From Craspedostauros australis (Eukaryota), in the NCBI GenBank assembly GCA_030167865.1, contig JALAGF010004448.1:1-58349 (forward strand): a stretch of DNA of 58,349 nt, read 5' to 3'. Below the pieces are notes generated by a model. That model saw only the letters and a program-made list of their open reading frames with translations. It searched no databases and was not told where the DNA came from. How positions within the stretch are numbered: the first letter of the stretch is position 1; every line of letters begins with the position of its first letter. This document shows, one piece after another, positions 42,919-53,512 of this stretch. The translations under genes and the position numbers were made by a program.

Positions 42919-43975
42919 GGTGCTGCTATTGCTGTTGTTCCTATTGCTATTGCTGTGGTTGATGTTGTGTCTGTTGCTATTGCTGTTGTTGTGTCTGTTC
43001 GTTGCCTTGATGGGTTTTCTCTGCAGAATCTGATTTGTGAGGCTGTACTTGGTTTCTTCTTTTTTGTGTGATGAGTTCTATTCTTGGGATTGCGTTTGCG
43101 ATTGCCCAGGCCTTGAGTTCGTGATCTTTGTGAGTATGTATAATCGCAGTGAGACTGTGGAACTCCAGGGATAGTCGTACGTGAGCAGGTTGAGTATTCT
43201 TGTTGTGTTGTGGCAATGCAGGAATGTGATGATGTGGGAGTGTGGTCTTCGTTGATGGTGCTGGTGTTCTCTCGTGGTGGATGCGCTGTGGTCACTCCTC
43301 TCTCTCTCTCTCTCTCTTGTGTGTGCTGCCACGCCAGACCTCCCACTCCGACCCTTCTCGTTGACTTGTGCACGGTCTCTGCCCGCATCCCATCGAGAGA
43401 GAAGCGGAAAGGAGGAGATCCGCCAGTCTTTTTGGATGGGTCTCTTGTTGTGCCACCGAAACTAACATTCGATCCGATCGTTCTCCTTCTCCTCACATCA
43501 AATCGATCCCGTTGACTTTTGTTCTTCGTATCTCTCGCACAAAAGCTCTTCCAATCGTGCGCGACTTTTCATCCTTGTTTTGGTCTTGGATGTCTCCGTT
43601 CGTTCAAGTCGTGACACTTCAACACATCCTCGATCGACCGCTTCGATCTCAACATCATTCTCCTTCGACTAGAGCGATTCAATCCAATCCACCAAACTGG
43701 TTCCAGACAAAAACGCATCACAACATGCCGAGACACATCACGCAACATGCGTCACGCAACATCCATCAAGGGACCAACGCATCACCAACCCCCACCACAT
43801 TCCGTGTTGCTTCTGTGGTTGTGGCGTTCATCGGGATGCGCTCTCCCATTTCACCTCGCCGAGCTTCGCTCCAGGTTCACGCAAGACCAACACTATCATC
43901 ATCAAAGAACAAGAATCAAGACCAACGGCACTGACAAGACGACACGACGCAATACGCTACGCTTCACGCAAGAAC

Positions 43976-45160
43976 ATGATTCCCGAGCTGCGCCGATCGA
44001 AGACAGGATCCGCGTTCGCCCTCCTCACAGCCTTCCTTGCGCTGCCATCGGTCGCATTGGTGGCCACCGGAGATCCCTTGCGACCCAAGGCACCCGCGGA
44101 AATCATGACGCACGGATCCATCGAGATCATTCATCCCATGGACGCCGCCGCGGTCGAGAAGCTGCCGGCGTCCTTCGTGGCATCGTGGCCGACGTGGGTG
44201 CTGCAGGCTCAGTCGGGCGACGAGGCATCTGGCAATGCGTTCCTTCGTATTCCGGATGGCGATGGATTCGTCAATCCATCATCGGTGGATGAATTGTGGC
44301 AGCCGATCGATCTGAAGTATCCCGAATTGAGACTGGCTCTGGGCCTTCACGTGTGAGTTCCATGCCGCCGTCATGTTTGCGACCGTGAAAAGCGTTCTGC
44401 AATTCTCAAGTGTTCCTGTTGTTGCTGCAACCAATACTGACACCGATCCAACACGCACGCGCACACGATATAACAACAAAACACTCCGTGTATTTCACTA
44501 TTTTGCAGACGCAACGGCCAACTGCGGCACATCATGCCAGCCGTGGATCTCTCATTCCACAACGGCGAGCACAGAAACCGCGGCATGTGCAGCGTCCCAC
44601 GAGCCTATGGATGGATACAGTACGTGCAGGGCATGGAGAAGTGGGTGGTGCGATTGCACAGCCTGCCGAAATCGAAATCGCCCGACAGCGACGAATGGAA
44701 TCAGGTGGCCACCTCCGTGCCGATCGGGCCTTTCCTGGAGAGAGGATTGGAGGCCCTGGCCGCATCGCCGCCCGATGAACTCGGCGACGGATCGCATATC
44801 ATCCACATTCCGCTGCAGCATGACAACGCCCTCGCGACATCCTTCCTGCCATGCCCCAAGGTCGGCCAGCAGATGAAGGTCACGTTGGGGGGCGCCGCCA
44901 ACGCACGTGAGGCCGCCGCGGCACCTGGCATTCTGCAGGTCGTGGTATCTGCCACGATGGCAGGATCCGAAAGCGAGTACCTGCCCGACGCCTACCGTCG
45001 GCTCTACGACGATCAATCCCTGAGACGTGAAGCGTACGCCAAATTCCACGCGCGGCAGGAGAAGAAGCGGGACGATCTCAAGAAGGAGTCGGCCGAACGC
45101 AACAGCGCCGGCGTCACGGTGCTCATGGATGAGGCTAACGGCGATGTCACGGAGCTGTAA
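43976..45160 (+). CDS. Hypothetical protein, about 342 aa, with a signal-peptide-like N-terminus; exons 43976-44352 and 44509-45160
   Basis: Donor GT|GTGAGT at 44353 and acceptor TTTTGCAG at 44508 join the two ORFs in frame (LGLHV-RNGQLRHIMPAVD). Coding-like composition. Confidence 0.8.
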
Positions 45161-45748
45161 TAGTTGGTTGCCTTTACTCTGTTGCAGTATGTATAATACT
45201 ATTATATTATGTTATATATGGTGCAGCAAGCTATCATGGCACCCTGAACGACAATAGATGGTGGGGGTACGCATTTTATGACATGAGAAACCACTCTGGC
45301 ACAACAGCTCATTCGTGCAAAATAGTATGAGTACTCAAGTAGGCCTCTCTCAAACTGCGGATCCAAACGTGGGACAACACGAACACGTTGTTGTGGCGCA
45401 AACACGGCTTGTTGTTGGTGGCAATGTTTCCCACCCATCAAACCATCACACAAGTGCTTCTCTCGACCCATCCATCACCAATCACCACACACAAGGGAGT
45501 CTCACAATACCCAATCAAACGCTTTCAATCCATTCCTCTCTTGGTGGCCACCAACTCCTTGTCTGTCTCTCTCCGTATCTTCCTCTTTGCATTCATTCAT
45601 TCATTCAAACAATATTAGGTATGCAACTGGAGCGTGGAATTCTCGAAGTCCTTCGTCAACCACCAGCCAATCGTCTCTCCAGCCAAGCCAAATCAAGCCA
45701 GACCAGGCCAAACAACGAAAGCGCTGCTGCTGAATCCTCAATGGCTTG

Positions 45749-48109
45749 ATGCATTGGCGTCTGCTCAGACCACGCTTTCGGCATCATCAACGCAAGCATC
45801 TGCGTTGCCTTCAACTCGCATTCCCAGCTGCTCCATCCTTCCCATCAACAACCTCTTCCACTCCACCCGCAGACGACTCGGCCAAGTGGAGGTCTTCAGT
45901 GACGAATCAGAGCAGATTCACATCACTCGCAGCATTAACACCAACATTGGCACCATCGCAGTCGACATTCACATCAATACTCGGATCCACGTCATTCATA
46001 TCCTCAACTCGTACGCAACCCGCGATAGCGACGGCAGTGGCAAGGTCGATGTCGACGATGGACACCTCGAACGAAACGAAGGATGCGGAATTGCAGCCCA
46101 TCTGCATACCAGTGCACATGGTGTCAGCCGAAGCAGCAACCGAAGCAAATGACAACGCCAATGCATCCCAAGGCAACGACGCATCATCACCAACGAAGAA
46201 GACCTGCCTCGTAGATCAGTATCAGGCATTCATCGCTGCCAACCAGAACAATGAGATTGCGCAACAAATGAAGGACGAGCGCACCAATGAGCCCACCATC
46301 CTGCCAGTCGACTTCGCCATGATGCTCACAGAGCAGGAGCAGGATCTGTTGCACGTCCTGCACGAGACAGCGAAATCCGTGCAGGATGGCACCCTCACCG
46401 TCGCCACGCGGCCCGATGTCAAATCCATCACCGTGCGTGTCGCCGGCGGCTGGGTGCGCGACAAGATCATGGGCCTGCCCACGCACGATGTCGATGTCGC
46501 CTTGGATTCTTGCAGCGGGGTGGAGTTCGCGCATCTCGTGCAGTCGTGGATGGAGCAGTACAACAAGCAACACCAGCAGCTCGATGGTCAGCAGCCTCAA
46601 GCCGATGCATCCGAACGGCGGTTGGCGAATTCGCAGCACTCCAGGATGGGCGTCATTGCGGCCAATCCGTCGCAGTCGAAGCATCTAGAAACGGCGACGA
46701 TGAGGGTGTGCGGCATGGAGGTGGACTTCAACAACCTGCGACACGAGGCCTACTCGGACGTCAACTCGCGAATCCCCACGGTGGCAGGCATCGGGACGCC
46801 GTATCAGGATGCCATGCGTCGGGATTTCACCATGAACGCCCTGTTCCTCAACGTCACGCAAAGCCGCCTCGAAGACTGGACGCGCCGTGGAATGAACGAT
46901 CTCGTGCACAACAAGCTGGTCCAAACGCCCTTGCCACCATTCCAAACCTTCCAGGATGATCCGTTGCGCGTCCTGCGCGCTGTGCGATTCGGCGTGCGGT
47001 ACCGGTACCGGTTGGATGCGGACCTCATGGCCGCGGCGAAGGATCCGTCCATCCATGCCGAATTGCAGAGGAAGGTTTCACGAGAGCGCGTGGGCAAGGA
47101 GCTGGAGGGCATGCTGTCTGGCAAGCTCGCGCATCCCATCCTGGCGTTGAAAACCATCTACGACTTGCATCTCGCACCCGCCGTCTTCCTCCTGCCGACG
47201 ATGCAGACCATCACGACCAAGGCAGCAGCGACGACCATCCATGGGTCCATCGGCATCCAATCGTCGGTGGCATTGCCAGCTGTCGAGGATGCAACAACAG
47301 CGCCATCGCCGGAGGCATCGAGATTTCTGGAGAACGGCGCATGGCTCGAATCGAAGGAGTGCTTACCGTTGCTATCGAAGGTCCTGGAGAGGCTTCACAT
47401 CAGCAGCAACGTCAAATGCGCAACGCAGCTGGACGACCGTTTGGTGTACCTTGCAGCCTTCCTGCTGCCGTACTTCCGCTCCTTCTACGTGAATAAGAAG
47501 CGGAAGCAAGTGCTCGTCGTGGAGTACATGTTGCGAGACGGCATCAAGTTCAAGAACAAGGATTCGATCGGCATCGTCAAGATCATGCAGAGCGTGGATG
47601 CCATGGCGCAGTTGCTGATGCAAGGTGATGGACAATCGATGTCGTCCACCGATGCCATGGAGGTCGATCTTGCGTCGATGTCAGAACCCATGCGGCAGCT
47701 GCGGTTAGATGCGGGGCTGCTGTTGCGAGAAACGAGAGAGCTGTGGCTTACCACGTTGGTGACGGCCGCGGTGTTGGCGCTGCGGCATCAACCAGATGAC
47801 GACGAAGCAATCCTGGATCGATTCCAGAGTCTGCTGGAGACCATCGCTCAACGTCTGCAGCTGGATACATGCTGGAAGGTCCGTCCGATGCTTGACGGCA
47901 AGACCATCATGGCAGAGGTCGGCATCCCGCGCGGTCCCGAAGTGGGCGAATACAACCAGGAGCAAGTTCGGTGGAGTCTTCAGTATCCCTCTGGCACAAG
48001 GGATGATGCCATCCAGCACTTGTTGGCATTCAAAACGTCGCGGCAGTCGTCGGATTCAAAAAGCACAAGCACCGGCGAAGAACCAAAAACAAAGAAGATG
48101 CACCTGTGA
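45749..48109 (+). CDS. CCA1: CCA-adding tRNA nucleotidyltransferase (class II), 786 aa, with an N-terminal organellar transit-like extension
   Basis: Motifs RVAGGWVRDK...HDVDVALD, NPSQSKHLETAT, DFNNLR.E.Y...SRIP, DAMRRDFTMNALF, DDPLRVLRAVRF, KVSRERVGKE. Confidence 0.93.
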   Translation: MHWRLLRPRFRHHQRKHLRCLQLAFPAAPSFPSTTSSTPPADDSAKWRSSVTNQSRFTSLAALTPTLAPSQSTFTSILGSTSFISSTRTQPAIATAVARSMSTMDTSNETKDAELQPICIPVHMVSAEAATEANDNANASQGNDASSPTKKTCLVDQYQAFIAANQNNEIAQQMKDERTNEPTILPVDFAMMLTEQEQDLLHVLHETAKSVQDGTLTVATRPDVKSITVRVAGGWVRDKIMGLPTHDVDVALDSCSGVEFAHLVQSWMEQYNKQHQQLDGQQPQADASERRLANSQHSRMGVIAANPSQSKHLETATMRVCGMEVDFNNLRHEAYSDVNSRIPTVAGIGTPYQDAMRRDFTMNALFLNVTQSRLEDWTRRGMNDLVHNKLVQTPLPPFQTFQDDPLRVLRAVRFGVRYRYRLDADLMAAAKDPSIHAELQRKVSRERVGKELEGMLSGKLAHPILALKTIYDLHLAPAVFLLPTMQTITTKAAATTIHGSIGIQSSVALPAVEDATTAPSPEASRFLENGAWLESKECLPLLSKVLERLHISSNVKCATQLDDRLVYLAAFLLPYFRSFYVNKKRKQVLVVEYMLRDGIKFKNKDSIGIVKIMQSVDAMAQLLMQGDGQSMSSTDAMEVDLASMSEPMRQLRLDAGLLLRETRELWLTTLVTAAVLALRHQPDDDEAILDRFQSLLETIAQRLQLDTCWKVRPMLDGKTIMAEVGIPRGPEVGEYNQEQVRWSLQYPSGTRDDAIQHLLAFKTSRQSSDSKSTSTGEEPKTKKMHL

Positions 48110-48213
48110 TCTGCATTAACAACAGATCGACCAACGATAGAACTCAACAAATGAGCGCAAGAGCATCGTGCTTGTTCTACTCATAGAATGCGTCATCCTA
48201 TTGCCGAATTTAA

Positions 48214-49500
48214 TCAATTGGCTTCACTATTGCCGCTCTTCTGCTTGGTCTCCAATGATCGAATCTTCTTCACCAGAGCCGACCGGTCCATGTCCTCTTC
48301 GATCATCACATCATCTCTTTTCTCCAACCATTCATACAGCTCATCGATCCGCATTTGATCAAATTTGTCTCCAGCTGTGTTCGTCAAGTCCTCGCAAGTT
48401 GTATACAGATAAATCTCCCTCAGCAGCTCAACAGACTCGATCAGTGGGCCGACCTTACGTTGCCGCCATACTTCTGTCATATTCTTCTCCACCACCTTGA
48501 TGCATTCTTCCTTCATCACATAGCAGCTGTGTGCATCTGCAAATAACAGAAGATCGACGCATGAATCCACATTCAGATGCTCCGCTGTCAGCTTCGTCTC
48601 CAGCAAGATCTTGAGCTTCCAACAACCGAAGCGGTTGGCGACGATCAGCAGATCTTGCAATTGACGTTGAGTCATGTCATCTGTAAGGAAGGATATGTCG
48701 TCAGCATAGATGAAACGAAGCATGAATCGGAAATGGTTGGGATCGATCGTTGGCAGGGAGATGGATTTTCCGCCACAGTTTTCCTCGTCAACATTTGCAG
48801 CTTCATCAATGAATGAATTCATGGCTGGTGCACCCAACAACAACAGCATGGTGTTGGCCTTGATGCGCTGTTGCTGATCGCCGGTGCCAACAACGAAGGT
48901 GATGTCAGTGTGAGCCTCAGTTCGAAGCAGCTTGAGCCGTTCTTTGTTGAAACCAAGGGATGGAGTCCAGCGCTTGCTGATGTGTTGAAGGTGATGGAAC
49001 TTGATGTGGACAGACAGAATGTCATCATCGAGTCCATGGTCGAGCACATGCTTCATGGTCGTAACTTTGTCCCATCCCCATGCGCTACTTTTGTCCAAAC
49101 GATACAAGTCTGGCTCGTTCCCATGTTTAGTGATGGTAAGTTTGGGAATCGAGGCTGTGTACTTCACAAAGTACTCTTCACCCAACAACCATGGCGCTTC
49201 GTCGAGATAAAGATACATCCCAAACTGATATCCTTGAGGCGAATCAGAGTCTTCCCCTGACTGCGCATCATCCTTCGAGAACTCCAGTTTCAAATTCCAT
49301 CGAGCACCGCCGCACTCAAACACAGGAGAGTACGTCTCCGTTTCTCTCTTGTAGTTGATCTCAGAGAACTGATGGAACTTCACGACAATCAAGTGTTTCT
49401 CCTGGTCATCGTTGCCGTCGTCATCATCATTCTCTTTCTTTGTTCGCTTGTTGGCGTGTACGACCTTCACGGTCTCGTTGTTGTTGTGTGTTTGAGACAT
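48214..49500 (-). CDS. MATH-BTB/POZ protein, copy E, 428 aa
   Basis: Full-length paralog with an intact ORF. Confidence 0.92.
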   Translation of the reverse strand: MSQTHNNNETVKVVHANKRTKKENDDDDGNDDQEKHLIVVKFHQFSEINYKRETETYSPVFECGGARWNLKLEFSKDDAQSGEDSDSPQGYQFGMYLYLDEAPWLLGEEYFVKYTASIPKLTITKHGNEPDLYRLDKSSAWGWDKVTTMKHVLDHGLDDDILSVHIKFHHLQHISKRWTPSLGFNKERLKLLRTEAHTDITFVVGTGDQQQRIKANTMLLLLGAPAMNSFIDEAANVDEENCGGKSISLPTIDPNHFRFMLRFIYADDISFLTDDMTQRQLQDLLIVANRFGCWKLKILLETKLTAEHLNVDSCVDLLLFADAHSCYVMKEECIKVVEKNMTEVWRQRKVGPLIESVELLREIYLYTTCEDLTNTAGDKFDQMRIDELYEWLEKRDDVMIEEDMDRSALVKKIRSLETKQKSGNSEAN

Positions 49501-50868
49501 CGTCGAAGATGATGTGGTTCTGAAATGAGAATGCGAGTACGTGAGGGATGGAGGAAGAGACGGATGGTCATAAGGGGACAGATGAAGGGTACATGAGCGG
49601 TTTATGAGCAGTTTATGAGCAAATTGCAGAATCTGAAACCATGGACAACATCAATTCCACGCTGCATCATCATTGCACTCAACTTCACACTCAACCTCCC
49701 CGCATTGATGAGAGGTCATCATGCACAAGACGACAGCTCACGATACTAAGGCACTGCGCTGAGCGTGGAATCATGCCGTAGCCCATGTTAGTCACTGAAC
49801 GAGTGCTCAGACCATCTGTCTCTGCATCTGCATCTTGCTGCGCAATTCTCCGTGACCACACGATCACACGATCACGACGAGATGTGATGGTGAATTGACA
49901 GATCGATGGCTGTCGTATCGGAGACATCACGGTGCCTTGCCAACGTAACATCATCGTGATTCTCCAGCGTCAAGCATCGATGGCATTCACACGATCGTGA
50001 ATCATAAGTATTGTAGGTACAGTGCTGCTCTGCGAAGCGTGGTAGGTATGGTACTCTGTTGATAGCCACGGTGGAACAAGGAACAAGGAGCGGACGTGTG
50101 GGATTGAAGTGGGAGGACCTACTCTTCACTGTGAACGATGAATCGGCATCCCTGTCACGGCGTGGAACACTCGTATCGAGAGTGAAGACAGTCTCTCTGA
50201 AGTGGCCTCTCCGTACTTGTTCGTAGTTGTACTACTATGCAGCGAGTTGTCTCCGTTGTTGTGTGCCATGTGTTGTGCGGATCGCAGATGAGGATCATGG
50301 CGGCACATCGCAACAGAGTGACTGTGTTGATGTTGTTTGTTGGAGCAATTCAGAACACAATAGATCCAGCCGTTAAAGACGTTTGAAGAACAAGTTCAAA
50401 TGTGCCACCTTCCGAAACCGTCGCGACGTACTCTTTGTGCACTGCATCCCCTGTCCAGAGATATTCAGTTCTGCATAGTAGATCATATTACATAATATTC
50501 TCTGACAGTACACCTATCATATCTCTGCGAGCGTGAGTCGGCCATGATGGTTGCTGTTGGGGGTCATGCCTACAGGAGCAAAGATCTGGCCCATCTTCTG
50601 TGCTCCACAACGACGACATCTTCAACCGTGAGCAAGCCTCTGACAGAACCACCGAGTTGTCCATGCTCCTGATTCGGAATGAACAGAGAACAGAGAAAAG
50701 AACAAAGTTCCAAAACTCCACTCCATGCTGGGTTAGTGCCTCAAGGTGATCAAGCTTATCAGTGCTTATCAATGCTTATCAATGCCAGAGTGTTGTGGAG
50801 TGCGTTGTGGAGTGGGCGTTCCTATTTTATCACCCACCTCATCCCAAGCTCGTCCTTGCCACATCCAA

Positions 50869-52143
50869 TCAATTGGCTTCACTGTTGCCGTTCTGCTGCT
50901 TGGTCTCCAATGATCGAATCTTCTTCAACAGAGAGGACCGGTCCATGTCCTCTTCCAGCATCACATCATCTCTTTTCTCCAACCATTCATACAGCTCATC
51001 GATCCGCATTTGGCTGAATTCGTCTCCAGTTGTTTTCGTCAAATCCTCGCAAGTTGCAAACAGATGAATCTCCCTCATCAGCTCAAATGACTCGATCAGT
51101 TGACCAGCCTCACGTTGCCGTAATACTTTGACCATATTCTTCCTCACCACCTTGATGCACTCTTCTTTCAGCACACAGCAGCTGTGCGCATCTGCGAACA
51201 ACAGAAGATCGACACATGAATCCACATTCAGATGCTCCGCTGTCAGCTTCGTCTCCAGCAAGATCTTGAGCTTCCAACAACCGAAGTGGTTGGCGACGAT
51301 CAGCAGATCTTGCAATTGACGTTGGGTCGTGTCATCTGTGAGGAAGGATGTATCATCAGCGTAGATGAAACGAAGCATGAATCGGAAATGGTCGGGGTTG
51401 ATCGTTGGAAACGAGATTGACTTTCCGTCACCATCTTCCTCCTTGACAGTTGTAGCTTCATCAATGATTGATTTCATGGATGGTGCTCCTGCTAACACGA
51501 ATGAGGTGTTGGCCTTGATGCGCTGTTGCTGATCACCGGAGCCAACAATGAAGGTGATGTCGGCGAGAGTTCCTGTACGAAGGATCTTGAGCCGTTGTAT
51601 GTTGAAGCCGAGGGATGGAGTCCAGCGCTTGCTGATGTGTTGAAGGTGATCGAACTTGATGTGAATAGACAGAATGTCATCATCAAGTCCATGGTCGAGC
51701 ACATGCTTCATGGTCATAAGTTTGTCCCATCCCCAACTGGTAGTTTTGCCCAGACGATATGTTCTTTCTTCTGTGGTGTTGGTGGTACCCAACTTGGGAA
51801 TCGAGGCTGTGTACTTCACAGAGTACTCTTCATCCAACAACCATGACGCTTCGTCGAGATAAAGATACATCTCAAGATGATATCCTTGAGGTGAGTCAGA
51901 GCCTTTCCATGGCGTTGCTTCATCCTTTGAGAATTGTAGTTTCAACTTCCATCGAACACCGCCGCACTCAAAGACAGGAGAGTACGTCTCCGTTTCTCTC
52001 TTGTAGTTGATCTCAGAGAACTGATGGAACTTCACGACAATCAAATGTTTCCCATGGTCATCGTCGTCGTGATTCTCTCTCTTTGCTCGCTTGTTGACGT
52101 GTACGACCTTCACGGTTTCGTTGTCGTTGTGTGGTTGAGACAT
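50869..52143 (-). CDS. MATH-BTB/POZ protein, copy F, 424 aa
   Basis: Full-length paralog with an intact ORF. Confidence 0.92.
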   Translation of the reverse strand: MSQPHNDNETVKVVHVNKRAKRENHDDDDHGKHLIVVKFHQFSEINYKRETETYSPVFECGGVRWKLKLQFSKDEATPWKGSDSPQGYHLEMYLYLDEASWLLDEEYSVKYTASIPKLGTTNTTEERTYRLGKTTSWGWDKLMTMKHVLDHGLDDDILSIHIKFDHLQHISKRWTPSLGFNIQRLKILRTGTLADITFIVGSGDQQQRIKANTSFVLAGAPSMKSIIDEATTVKEEDGDGKSISFPTINPDHFRFMLRFIYADDTSFLTDDTTQRQLQDLLIVANHFGCWKLKILLETKLTAEHLNVDSCVDLLLFADAHSCCVLKEECIKVVRKNMVKVLRQREAGQLIESFELMREIHLFATCEDLTKTTGDEFSQMRIDELYEWLEKRDDVMLEEDMDRSSLLKKIRSLETKQQNGNSEAN

Positions 52144-53512
52144 CGTCGAAGATGATGTGGTTCTGAAACGAGAATGAGAGTAAGTGAGGGATGGAGGAAG
52201 CGACGGATGGTTGGAAGGGGGGCAGATGAAGGGTACATGAGCAGTTTATGTGCGGTTTATGAGCAAATTGTAGAATCTGAAACCATGGACACCAACAATT
52301 CCACGCTGCATCATGTTCCCCTGTTTGTCGCCCAACTTGCCGCTCAACTTTCCCACATGGATGGGAGGCCATCATGTAGAGGACGACAGCCCACGATACT
52401 TAGGAACTGCGCTGAGCGTGGAACCATGCCGCAGCCCACGGTAGAAATTGTAAGAGTGATCGTGGGCATCTGTATTTGATCTTGCTGCTCAATACTCCGT
52501 GACCACACGATCGTGCGATCACACGATCATTCGATCACGACGAGATGTGATGTTGAATTGACGGATTGATGGCCGTCGTGTCGGAGCCATCACGCTGGAG
52601 TTATCACGGCGTCCCGCAACGTCTGGATCACGATCGTGTCGAGTATGTCGAGTAGGGTTGCGTGGAGTGCGAGCTGCAGCATTGCTGACTTCCGCGAGGG
52701 GAGAGAAGGCCGTTCTGCGCAGTCCGTGGAATGTAGTCTTGTGATGACCACGGCGGAGCACGAGGAGGGGCAGGGTAGGAATCTCTCCTCGTACGTTTCC
52801 GCATGGAGGGTGTGTGCCCATCTCTCTGGAGTATCCTCTCCGTAAGATTATACGTATGCCATGGCTACGCTGTTTCTTTCCAATGCTCTCGTTCCAAAGA
52901 TCCAGCGAGTTGTCTCCATCGTTGTGAATCTGTTGTGCAAGTTGCGGAGGAGGGCGGTGGTGTCGCGATTGCGCCATCGTTCTTCGTTGGGGAAATGCGG
53001 AATGGTGAGAATACCGTTAAAAGACGTTTGAACAACAAGTTCAAATGTGGAAAATCAAACTTCCCGCACGCTCTTCGTGCACTGCTTGTTCCCTATTCGT
53101 CTGCACCCCGTTCTGCATCTATCATGCGCGTAGCTCTACGAGCTTGCGTTGTTCTCTGATCTTGGTATTGAAGACCAGCTACAACCATAGAAGAGTTGGC
53201 ACCTGCGTCGAAGTATGGCACACCCCCAGGCTGACGAGCATCACAGCGTCTGAACCCTCATGTATTGGAGGGTCTCGGATGGATCTGGTGCTGAACCCAC
53301 GTGATCTCGTCTCCAAATGAGTGAACAGCGACGGAAGCACCGAGAGCATCAGTTCAGTATGCGCAGAGACATGCATATATCAAGGTTGTTTGTTATGCGC
53401 TGCTTTATGCGCGGGGTAGTGACGCGTCTTCATGCATGGCGCCATTTGCTCGCATACTTCTTCATCACGTGTCACTGCCGCATCTGACCCCTTTGATCCA
53501 TTGCTGTATTCA

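Noticed and set aside
46795-46830. QDAMRRD instead of EDxxRRD in the CCA enzyme
   Set aside because: The first position varies among ordinary CCA-adding enzymes; the templating D and R are intact.
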